From NCBI GenBank assembly GCA_022838705.1, contig JALHJZ010000002.1:213258-277257 (forward strand): 64,000 bases of DNA. The letters are read 5' to 3'. Made by a program: the position numbers and the translations under genes. Positions 19,953 to 28,179 of this stretch are shown here, piece by piece. This DNA comes from Candidatus Bipolaricaulota bacterium. GTDB taxonomy: Bacteria > Bipolaricaulota > Bipolaricaulia > Bipolaricaulales > Bipolaricaulaceae. The notes beneath the pieces are model-generated. The model was not told where the DNA came from and searched no databases. It saw only the letters and a list, made by a program, of their open reading frames with translations. Position 1 is the stretch's first letter, and every line of letters begins with the position of its first letter.

Positions 19953-20079
19953 GGATTCACCTCAAGTTAGATGGTGTCGCAACGGCGGGATTATACCCGA
20001 TCCCGGCCCGGGTGAGGCTTCACGATGGCCCCGGCGGCGGACCGGCATCCCCGGCCCGGACCGGGGATAATGGGGGCTT

Positions 20080-21243
20080 ATGGCCCGGCTCACGATCGAG
20101 GAGATCCCGCTCGGGGACCGCCGGCTACGGCAGTTCGTCGCGGTCCCATGGCACATCCACCGCGGGGACCCGAATTGGACCCCTCCCCTCACCGCCGACC
20201 TCCTCGGGAGCCGGCTCCTCGGCTTGACCGGCCTCCTCACCCCCGCCCATCCCTACCACGAGACAGCTGAGGTCACGCACTTCCTCGCCCGCTCCGGCTC
20301 CAACCTCGTGGGCCGGGTGTCGGCCGCGATCAACCACCGGTTCAACGAGTACCACAGAACGAACCTTGGGTCCTTCGGGTTCTACGAAGCGGTCCCAGAC
20401 TACGCGGTCACCGAAGCCCTCCTCGATAGCGCCCGGGCCTGGCTCGCCCAGCGCGGGGTGGACGCGATGCGCGGGCCGGGCGGGTACTCCAACGCCACCC
20501 ACGAGTCCCACCAGGCGGTGCTCGTCCATGGGTTCGACACCCCGCCCACGGTGGAGCTCACCCACAACCCGCCCTACTACGGCGAGCACCTCGAGCGGTA
20601 CGGCCTGCGGAAGGTCAAGGACTATCATGCGTACTGGATTGCTCCGTCCCAGCCCATGGATCCGCGCCTGGAGCGCCTCGTCGCGGCAGCCCGAGCCCGC
20701 CGAGGGATCACGACCCGCCCGTTCGACCTGCGGCATCTCCTGGAAGACGTGGAACGCCTCGCGTGGGTCTACAACGAGGCGTGGGCCGCCAACTGGGGGT
20801 TCCTCCCGATCACGGACGGGGAGGCGAAGGCGCTCGCGAAGAGCCTGAAGACGATCGCCGATCCGGAGTTGATCCGGTTCGCCTACGTGGACGGGGAGCT
20901 CGCGGCGATGATCGGGGCGATCCCGGACCCGAACGTGGCCCTCCGGCCGACGTGGAACCCGGTGCTCGATTGCGACCTCGTGCGGGCGCTGCGCCTCATG
21001 GCCCGTCGGCGCCGGATCCGTACGGCGCGGGTGATGTTCTTCGGGATCCGCCCTCCGTACCGGAAGATGGGGGTGGATGCGGTCCTGTTCCACGAGGTGC
21101 TCACGATCGCCTGGGGGAAAGGGTACCGGGCCGGCGAGGCGTCCATGCTCCTCGAGGACAACGACCTCATCCTGCGGGCCTGCGAGGCGATGGGCGGGCG
21201 CCTCTCGAAGACCTGGCGGATCTACGAAATGCCCATCCCGTAA
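20080..21243 (+). CDS. YghO-like GNAT-fold N-acyltransferase (family includes bacterial ceramide synthase)
   Basis: DPNWTPPL, VGRVSA, FGFYE, MRGP, HNPPYY, NWGFLP, GIRPPYRKMG, LLEDN. Confidence 0.72.
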   Translation: MARLTIEEIPLGDRRLRQFVAVPWHIHRGDPNWTPPLTADLLGSRLLGLTGLLTPAHPYHETAEVTHFLARSGSNLVGRVSAAINHRFNEYHRTNLGSFGFYEAVPDYAVTEALLDSARAWLAQRGVDAMRGPGGYSNATHESHQAVLVHGFDTPPTVELTHNPPYYGEHLERYGLRKVKDYHAYWIAPSQPMDPRLERLVAAARARRGITTRPFDLRHLLEDVERLAWVYNEAWAANWGFLPITDGEAKALAKSLKTIADPELIRFAYVDGELAAMIGAIPDPNVALRPTWNPVLDCDLVRALRLMARRRRIRTARVMFFGIRPPYRKMGVDAVLFHEVLTIAWGKGYRAGEASMLLEDNDLILRACEAMGGRLSKTWRIYEMPIP

Positions 21244-21313
21244 CCGGGGGAGACGAACACCGCCGGTCCCCGGAACACGGATCACGAATAGCGGCGAGCT
21301 GTATAATCCGTGC

Positions 21314-22765
21314 GTGGCTGTGCAAAACAGGATCCGCAAGGTCAGGAAACGCGATCGGTCGCTCGTCGCGTTCGACCAGGGACGGATCATCCACGCCATC
21401 CTCCGGGCGGTGCAGTCGGTGGGCGGGTTCTCCCTCGACCACGTGCCGGGGGTGAACGAGCGCCTCTTCTCGTACGGGGACGACGAGCACATCGCAGAGT
21501 TCCTGTCCGATGTCGTGGTCGCAACGCTCAACCGCGATCCGCGGCACTGGATCGCCAACTTCCCCCCCACCGTCGAGGAGATCCAGGACACGGTGGTCCA
21601 CATCCTGCGGAGCTTCGGGTTCGTCGCCGTGGCTGATGCTTACGAGTGCTGGCGGTGGGGGAAGCACTGGGTACGGGCGGGGGCGATCACGATGGACGAG
21701 TTCGTGGGGAACGGGTACCCGGTCCCCCTCCACCACGAGACGCTCGCCTGGAATCGCGAGCACGGCTGCGACACCGTGGCTGGGCTGAACGAGATCGTCC
21801 GGTTGGGCCACCTCCCCGAGCTCGTCGCCGCCGCCACGGAGCGGTACGAGCGCTCGGTGGACGAGGCCGCCGCGAAGGTCCTCGCCCGCGCCGCAACCGG
21901 GGACCTGCGGGTGATCTGGGTCTCCGGGCCATCCTCATCGGGGAAGACGACGACCACGGTCAAGCTCCTCCAGCGGCTGAGGAAGGAAGGCCTCGAGTTC
22001 CTGATGCTCAACCTCGATGACTACTTCTGGCCCCTGGTCGAGCACCCCACGGACTGGCTCAACGATCGGAACTTCGAGACGCCGGAGGCCCTCGACATCC
22101 AGACCATCAACCGCCACCTGCGCGCCCTCCTCGACGGGCAGGCGATCCAAAAGCCGATCTACAGCTTCAAGGAGGGCCGCCGCGTGGGGACGAAGCTCGT
22201 GCGGCTCAAGGCGGGCCAGCTCCTCCTCCTCGACTGCCTCCACGGGCTCTATCCCCCCCTCACGACCGGGATCGCCCGCGAGGCGATGTTCTGGCTGTAC
22301 ATCGAGGCAGCGAACATGCTCTACGAGGGGGACGGAACGAGCGAACGGTTGACCCAGTTCACGGATGTGCGGCTCCTCCGCCGGATGCTGCGGGATGTCA
22401 AGCACCGCAACCATCCCCCGCTCCAGACCCTCCTCCACTGGCACTACGTGCGGAGCGGTGAACTGTTCTCGATCATCCCCCTGATGGGCCTCGCCGATCA
22501 CGTCGTGAACGGGGGGATGCCGTTCGACCTTCCCGTGCTGAAGCCGTTTTTCCTTCCGGATGGGATCTGGCCGAAGCCAGAGGAGGTCGCTCCCTACGAT
22601 ACGTTCCTCGATGCGCGGATCCGCTACCGGCGCATCGGAGGCTTGCTCGGCCAGGTGGCGGGGCTGACCCTGTGGGAGGCCGAGGACCACGCCCTCATCC
22701 CCGGTGACCACCTCGTGCGGGAGTTCATCGGCGGGAGCACGCTCCAGATCCCCCACAACGAGTAG
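21314..22765 (+). CDS. ATP-cone domain plus uridine kinase-like P-loop protein
   Basis: N-terminal VRKRDRSLVAFDQGRI..AI (ATP cone), VEEIQDTV; SGPSSSGKTT, LNLDDYF, EALD, RLLRRMLRD, NGGMPFDL; GTG 21314 lies 6 nt after TATAAT. Confidence 0.8.
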   Translation: MAVQNRIRKVRKRDRSLVAFDQGRIIHAILRAVQSVGGFSLDHVPGVNERLFSYGDDEHIAEFLSDVVVATLNRDPRHWIANFPPTVEEIQDTVVHILRSFGFVAVADAYECWRWGKHWVRAGAITMDEFVGNGYPVPLHHETLAWNREHGCDTVAGLNEIVRLGHLPELVAAATERYERSVDEAAAKVLARAATGDLRVIWVSGPSSSGKTTTTVKLLQRLRKEGLEFLMLNLDDYFWPLVEHPTDWLNDRNFETPEALDIQTINRHLRALLDGQAIQKPIYSFKEGRRVGTKLVRLKAGQLLLLDCLHGLYPPLTTGIAREAMFWLYIEAANMLYEGDGTSERLTQFTDVRLLRRMLRDVKHRNHPPLQTLLHWHYVRSGELFSIIPLMGLADHVVNGGMPFDLPVLKPFFLPDGIWPKPEEVAPYDTFLDARIRYRRIGGLLGQVAGLTLWEAEDHALIPGDHLVREFIGGSTLQIPHNE

Positions 22766-22778
22766 TCGCTCAAGGGGG

Positions 22779-22808
22779 GCGCCTCCCCCGCCGGGGCAGG
22801 GGAGGCGC
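22779..22808. terminator. 10-bp hairpin between convergent genes
   Basis: GCGCCTCCCC-N10-GGGGAGGCGC. Confidence 0.55.
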
Positions 22809-22837
22809 GGAGGGTGAGTGCGGAAGCGGGCTCTCGA

Positions 22838-23464
22838 CTACCGTCTGCCGCAACCCCCAGAGCTACAGTCCTCCACCTTCACGAGCCGCGTCGCCCTCGC
22901 CTCGGCGCCCGCGGCATCGGTGACGGTGAGGATGACCAGGAACTCCCCAGGGTTGGCGAAGGCATGGCTCACGATCTTCCCTTCGCCGGTGGCGCCATCG
23001 CCGAAGTCCCACGCGTAGTGGGCGATGTCGGCGTCGGGATCGGAGGACGCGGAGGCATCGAACGAGACCGACTCCCCCTGGAACGGGTCGGCGGGGAGGA
23101 ACGTGAACGCCGCCGTGGGGGGGTTGTTGAGGGCACGCACGAACGTCGTCGCCCGGCCGGTCCCAGAGGGGCCGACCACGACGAGCGTGACCAGGTACTC
23201 ACCGGCTCGCTGGTAGGTGTGTTGGATCTCCCGGCCGGCGACGACGGGGCTCCCGTCCCCGAAGTCCCACAGGTGGTCGGTGAGGGGTCCCTCGGGATCG
23301 GCGGACCGGGTCGCGTCGAAGTGCACGGCGAGCGGGGCCTGGCCCTCGACGGGCGAGGCGACGATCGTCGCGCTGATCCTCTGCAGCGGCCCCACCTCGG
23401 GCGTACACCCGGAGAGGAGGAGAAGCCCGGCTCCTACAGCAAGTACCCCCACACGTTTCCTCAT
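22838..23464 (-). CDS. PKD-domain lipoprotein (two PKD domains)
   Basis: Lipobox LLSGC; WDFGDG twice; FDASASSDPD; C-terminal DCSSGGCGRR. Confidence 0.85.
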   Translation of the reverse strand: MRKRVGVLAVGAGLLLLSGCTPEVGPLQRISATIVASPVEGQAPLAVHFDATRSADPEGPLTDHLWDFGDGSPVVAGREIQHTYQRAGEYLVTLVVVGPSGTGRATTFVRALNNPPTAAFTFLPADPFQGESVSFDASASSDPDADIAHYAWDFGDGATGEGKIVSHAFANPGEFLVILTVTDAAGAEARATRLVKVEDCSSGGCGRR

Positions 23465-23469
23465 ATGTC

Positions 23470-24084
23470 TCACCTCGCACAGCCTGGCCCGCCCTGGACC
23501 TCGATGACCTGGGTCACCGAGGCCACGGCCCCGGCCTCGTCCACGATGGTCAAGGTCACGGGGTACGCCCCCCCGTACCAGTACATGTACCCAACCTTCT
23601 CTCCCACGTCCCAATCCCCGTTTCCGAACGCCCAGCGGTACTCGACGATCGCTCCGTTGGGCGACGTGGATGTGGAGGCATCGAACCAGATCGTCTCCCC
23701 GGTCCCCGGCCGCCAGGGCGCGGTGGAGAAGCTCGCCGTCGGGGGAGCGAACTGTACTTCGACACGCCCGTCACGGCGGCTCGACAGGCCCTGCTCGTCG
23801 TAGACCTCGAGCGTCACCCGGAACGTCCCCCCCCGGCTGTAGGTGTGGGAGACGATCGGCCCCAGCGCTCGGGTCCCATCCCCGAGGTCCCAGATGTACT
23901 CCACGACCCTCCCGTTCTCGGAGAACGAGAGCGACCCATCGCACACCACAGTGAGGGGAGCCACGCCGGCGCTGGGACGAAGCGCGAACAGGGCCTCCGG
24001 GGGGACGGCCTGGAACTTCGGCGTGCACCCTCCCAGGGCGAGCGCCACGAGTGCGCACCCGACCACGAACAGCCTTCTCTTCAT
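23470..24084 (-). CDS. PKD-domain lipoprotein (two PKD domains)
   Basis: Lipobox ALGGC; WDLGDG, WAFGNG, HTYSRGG; C-terminal GGPGCAR. Confidence 0.85.
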   Translation of the reverse strand: MKRRLFVVGCALVALALGGCTPKFQAVPPEALFALRPSAGVAPLTVVCDGSLSFSENGRVVEYIWDLGDGTRALGPIVSHTYSRGGTFRVTLEVYDEQGLSSRRDGRVEVQFAPPTASFSTAPWRPGTGETIWFDASTSTSPNGAIVEYRWAFGNGDWDVGEKVGYMYWYGGAYPVTLTIVDEAGAVASVTQVIEVQGGPGCAR

Positions 24085-24095
24085 CGCACACCCCC

Positions 24096-24839
24096 TCACA
24101 GGTTGAACTCCATCCGCACCGCTAGTCCCAGCCAGGGGCCGGAAAACCCAACGGGATCGCCCAGTCCATCCGCGTTGAGGTCGAGCACGCCCGTCCCCGC
24201 CCGCGGCACGCTCGGGGGGGCAAGCCGGAACCCGACCTCGAACCCCGCGCTCGCCCCCGGCCCCAGCGGGAGGGAGACCTGGACCGCTACCGTCCCCACC
24301 GGCCCCACGCTGGTGTAGGTCGTGTCCTCGGCTTTGGGCAGGAACGGGAGCGACCAGTCCGTCGGCAGCGTGGGCGGGAACACACACCGGTAGCCAATCC
24401 GCGATGTTCCCCACCCTGCGGAGGCGCTCACGATGAGGATGTCCGGCACGAGGACCAGGTCCAGCTCGGCAGCGAAGGCGACGAAGCCGACGTCGAGGCT
24501 GATGTCCACCGGATGCGACGTCTCCTCCGCAGTCCACGTCCCTTGGGTGCGGGTGCCAACGCTCGCCACTTCCATCTGCAGCCCCACCCGCAGCACGCCC
24601 CCCACCGCCTCGCTGAGCCGCAGGCCGACCCCCTGACCGAGCGCGGGGATAAGGGGGACGGGCTCGCTCCCCGCTCGTTCGTTGACGAACCCGATCGTCT
24701 GGTTGGCGAGGTGGATGAACGTGTTCAGGCTCGGAACATCAACGAACGCCCATTGGGCCGCCGAGCCCACCGCGAGGGTCGTCGCCCCTCCGGCAACGCC
24801 CACCGCCGCCACCACTAGCCCTGCCAGGATCGCTCGCAT
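24096..24839 (-). CDS. exported hypothetical protein, small beta-barrel-like
   Basis: Signal peptide; amphipathic strands; ends LGLAVRMEFNL. Confidence 0.55.
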   Translation of the reverse strand: MRAILAGLVVAAVGVAGGATTLAVGSAAQWAFVDVPSLNTFIHLANQTIGFVNERAGSEPVPLIPALGQGVGLRLSEAVGGVLRVGLQMEVASVGTRTQGTWTAEETSHPVDISLDVGFVAFAAELDLVLVPDILIVSASAGWGTSRIGYRCVFPPTLPTDWSLPFLPKAEDTTYTSVGPVGTVAVQVSLPLGPGASAGFEVGFRLAPPSVPRAGTGVLDLNADGLGDPVGFSGPWLGLAVRMEFNL

Positions 24840-24917
24840 CTCAGCCTCGCGTGATGGAGGCTACGCCCGCACGGGCGGGGATCCGAGGACAGGCCCCCCC
24901 CAGCGGGGGCCGGTTCG

Positions 24918-25958
24918 TCACGCCCCCGCGGTACTGAGTTCCCGCCCCACGAGGTCAACCGTCCGCTGCACGTCGGCGGCGGAGATCCCAAGGTGCGTCA
25001 CCATCCGCACCTGCCGGGCGGAGGTCCCCGCCCCAGCCGGGGAGGCGAGCACGCCCCGGTCGCGCAGTCGCTGGCAGAGGGCCCCCGCATCGGGGCCCCG
25101 TTCGATCGTGAAGATGACGATGTTCGTGTCCGGGGGCCACACGGACAGGGCAGGCAGGGAGGCGAGACCATCGGCGAGGAGCCGGGCATGGGCGTGGTCG
25201 AGGGCGAGGCGGTCCACGTGATGGTCGAGGGCGTACAGGCCCGCTGCGGCGAGGATCCCCGCCTGGCGCATCCCGCCCCCGAGCGCCTTGCGGGTCCGGC
25301 GGGCGGCGGCGATGAATTCCCGTGACCCGCAGAGGAGGGATCCCACCGGGCAGCCAAGCCCCTTGGACAGGCAGAACATGACGGAGTCGAACCCCAAGGC
25401 GAGATCCCGGGCCGGAATCCCCGTCGCCACGGAAGCGTTGAGGATGCGCGCCCCATCGAGGTGGACGGGGATCCCCCGCCCATGGGCGAGGTCGAGGACC
25501 TCCCGCGCCGCGGCGAGGGGCCAGATCCGGCCCCCGGCCGCGTTGTGCGTGTTCTCCAGACACACGAGCCCGGTCGGGGCGAGGTAGTAGATGTCGGGCC
25601 GGATCGCGGCCGCGACCTGGCGGGCGGTGAACACGCCCTTCTCCCCAGGGAGGACCCGCGGCTGGACGCCGGAGAAGCGGGCCATCGTCGCCAACTCCAC
25701 GTTGTAGATGTGGGACCCCTCCTCGACGATGACCTCCTGGCCGGGGCGGGTGTGGCAGGCGATGGCGATCTGGTTCCCCATTGTCCCCGACGGCACGAAC
25801 AACGCCGCCTCCGTGCCGAGGAGGTCGGCGGCCCGCTCCTCGAGCCGGCGCACGGTGGGGTCCTCACCGTACACGTCGTCCCCCACCTCCGCTGCGGCCA
25901 TCGCCTCCCGCATCGCGGGCGTGGGCAGGGTCACCGTATCCGAACGTAGATCGATCAT
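24918..25958 (-). CDS. ltaE: low-specificity L-threonine aldolase
   Basis: [50 protein letters not shown]. Confidence 0.93.
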   Translation of the reverse strand: MIDLRSDTVTLPTPAMREAMAAAEVGDDVYGEDPTVRRLEERAADLLGTEAALFVPSGTMGNQIAIACHTRPGQEVIVEEGSHIYNVELATMARFSGVQPRVLPGEKGVFTARQVAAAIRPDIYYLAPTGLVCLENTHNAAGGRIWPLAAAREVLDLAHGRGIPVHLDGARILNASVATGIPARDLALGFDSVMFCLSKGLGCPVGSLLCGSREFIAAARRTRKALGGGMRQAGILAAAGLYALDHHVDRLALDHAHARLLADGLASLPALSVWPPDTNIVIFTIERGPDAGALCQRLRDRGVLASPAGAGTSARQVRMVTHLGISAADVQRTVDLVGRELSTAGA

Positions 25959-26614
25959 GTCCATCCCTCCTCCCCGATCAGGGGAACGAACGTACACGGG
26001 CAGAGGCGCCGCTCTACCCACTGCCCCCCGTCGCGGTGGACGAGGATCAGCTCCTGACTGAACCGTCCTCCCACCGGGATCACGAGCCGTCCGTGGGGGG
26101 CGAGCTGGGAACGGAGGAGGTCGGGGACCCGCGGCGCGCCGGCGGTGACGAGGATCGCGTCGAACGGCGCCTCCTCTGGCCAGCCCACTGTCCCGTCCCC
26201 AACGCGGAACCGGATGTTCTTGTACCCGAGCGCGCTCAACCTCCGCTGGGCGGCGCGGGAAAGCTCGGGGAGCCGCTCCACCGTGTACACCTCACCTGCC
26301 AGTTCGGCGAGGATCGCCGTCTGGTACCCCGATCCCGTGCCGACCTCGAGCACGCGGTGCGTGGGCTGGAGGGCGAGGGCCTCCGTGGACAGGGCGACGA
26401 TGTACGGCTGGGAGATGGTCTGGTCGTGGCCGATCGGGAGGGGGCGGTCCTCGTAGGCATGGGGCAGGAGGTGGGGGGGGACGAACGCGTGGCGGGGGAC
26501 CCGCGCCAGGGCAGAAAGCACCCGCTCGTCGCAGATCCCTTCTTCCCGCAGCTCGGAGAGGAGGGCCTCCCGCGCCTGCGCAAGCCAGGGCTCAACGGGG
26601 CGGTCAGTCCCCGT
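25955..26614 (-). CDS. pcm: protein-L-isoaspartate O-methyltransferase; start uncertain (ACG 26614 proposed, first canonical start is 26521)
   Basis: [38 protein letters not shown]; homology extends upstream of 26521. Confidence 0.88.
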   Translation of the reverse strand, partial: TGTDRPVEPWLAQAREALLSELREEGICDERVLSALARVPRHAFVPPHLLPHAYEDRPLPIGHDQTISQPYIVALSTEALALQPTHRVLEVGTGSGYQTAILAELAGEVYTVERLPELSRAAQRRLSALGYKNIRFRVGDGTVGWPEEAPFDAILVTAGAPRVPDLLRSQLAPHGRLVIPVGGRFSQELILVHRDGGQWVERRLCPCTFVPLIGEEGWT

Positions 26615-26846
26615 GGTCGCCCTCCTCCCGCATCCTGAACGCGGCGAGCGCTTCCCGTGCCCGATCGAGGTCCGCCGCCGGGACGAGGACCCGCACCTCG
26701 GCGAGCCCGTCCGCAGTGAGCGGATACACCGACGGCGGAACGTGGCTCCTGAACTGGACAGGGATCCCCTCCCCCCGCAGGAAACTCGCCACGAGTTCGG
26801 CCTGGGGTGACCCGATCACCGTGGTCAGCACTTCCCAATCGTTCAT
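26604..26846 (-). CDS. DUF2007 / putative signal-transducing small protein
   Basis: QAELVASFLRGEGI...VRVLVPAADLDRAREAL. Confidence 0.75.
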   Translation of the reverse strand: MNDWEVLTTVIGSPQAELVASFLRGEGIPVQFRSHVPPSVYPLTADGLAEVRVLVPAADLDRAREALAAFRMREEGDHGD

Positions 26847-27430
26847 CCTGCCTCCTGTAGATCGAGCTCGTTGTGGACGAGGGTGATGCACTGGTGCCCC
26901 TGGAGGACCACCGGCCCCACCGAGATCCGCGGGAGGGCGGCGAGGAGGGCGTCCTCGGCCGGGGTGAAGTTGCGGTGGTCGGAGAGGAAGAACGCTGGCC
27001 GTTCCGGGACCTGCGCCCCGCGCAGCGGGTCCCCCGCCTCGTCGAGGACGAGGGGCACGCTCCCCGCAGCCCGGAGGTCATCGAGGAGCCCCCCGAGCCC
27101 CATCCGCCGCACCGTGATCCCCGGGGTGGACGGCCGTTCCTCCCCCGGAGGGAGGTCGTGGGCGGTGCGCAGCGCCTGGCGCAGGAGGGCGCCCGTGGAC
27201 CGCTCATCCGGGTTCAGGTGCCGCAGGCGGCCCCCCCACAGGCTGATCGTCAATTGGTCCTGGATCACGAAGTGGAGCGCCACCGCGGGGCGGATCCCAT
27301 GCGAGATGAGGAACGCATCGTTCGCCGCCCGACAGAGGACGTCGAGGCGGCCCGCCCCGCCCGGGAGGTCGGACAGGGAGAACTCCCCATCGAGGGGCAC
27401 GGTATGGCTGACCATCACGAACGTTCGCAC
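26843..27430 (-). CDS. trmY: tRNA (pseudouridine54-N1)-methyltransferase, archaeal-type SPOUT (DUF358)
   Basis: FSLSDLPGGAGRLDVLCR, AFLISHGIR, LNPDERS, STPG, FFLSDHRNF, ISVGP. Confidence 0.85.
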   Translation of the reverse strand: MRTFVMVSHTVPLDGEFSLSDLPGGAGRLDVLCRAANDAFLISHGIRPAVALHFVIQDQLTISLWGGRLRHLNPDERSTGALLRQALRTAHDLPPGEERPSTPGITVRRMGLGGLLDDLRAAGSVPLVLDEAGDPLRGAQVPERPAFFLSDHRNFTPAEDALLAALPRISVGPVVLQGHQCITLVHNELDLQEAG

Positions 27431-27510
27431 ACCCTGATCCTAACGGACCCGCCCCGGGCGGACCACGGGGCTGTGGACCGGGCGCAGACCGAGGGGTACC
27501 ATACGTTCTT

Positions 27511-28173
27511 ATGTATTTGATCGTCGTGGGCGCGGGTGGGATCGGGTCCGCGATCATCGACCTCGCGGTGCGCGATCGGCACAACGTGGCCGTCATCGAG
27601 CGGGACCCCAAGAAGGCGGAGGCGATCATCCGTCGCTACGATGTGCTCGTGTTCAACGCGGATGCGGCGTCAGCGGACATCCTCCGCGAGGCGGGGGCGG
27701 AGCGGGCCGATGCCCTCATCGCCACCACCCACGACGACGCGACGAACCTTATGGTCATCGCTGCCGCCGGCGACCTCGGCGTCCCGACGATCGTCGCCGT
27801 GGTCAACAACCCTGAACACGCGGACCTGTTCCGCCGTCTGGGGGCCCATGTCATGGAGAACCCCGACATCATCGTCGCCGGCTACCTCTACCACTCCGCC
27901 TGGCATCCCCACGTCCGCGATCTGGTGGCGCTCCCCGGGGGAGCGCAGGTGTTCCGGATCACGATCACCGCCAACTCTCCCCTCGTCGACCTCACCCTCC
28001 GCGAGGCGGGCAAGCAGGGCCTGATTCCGGAGGGGCTCCTCATCGCCGCGGTGGAGCGCAACGGGGACCTCGTCATCCCCTCGGGCAGCACAGTGATCCG
28101 GGCCGGGGACAACGTGACCGTGTTCACGAAGGGCCACGTCCCCCAGTCCACCATCGAACAGCTCACCGGTTAG
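27511..28173 (+). CDS. trkA: TrkA/KtrA-family K+ transport regulatory subunit (RCK N and C domains)
   Basis: IVVGAGGIG, LREAG, ATTHDDATNL, TrkA_C VIPSGSTVIRAGD. Confidence 0.85.
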   Translation: MYLIVVGAGGIGSAIIDLAVRDRHNVAVIERDPKKAEAIIRRYDVLVFNADAASADILREAGAERADALIATTHDDATNLMVIAAAGDLGVPTIVAVVNNPEHADLFRRLGAHVMENPDIIVAGYLYHSAWHPHVRDLVALPGGAQVFRITITANSPLVDLTLREAGKQGLIPEGLLIAAVERNGDLVIPSGSTVIRAGDNVTVFTKGHVPQSTIEQLTG

Positions 28174-28179
28174 GGACGA

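Noticed and set aside
19999-20060. Repeated CCCGGCCCGG in the arcE-like/GNAT divergent region
   Set aside because: Low-complexity GC words; not distinguishable from background without comparative data.
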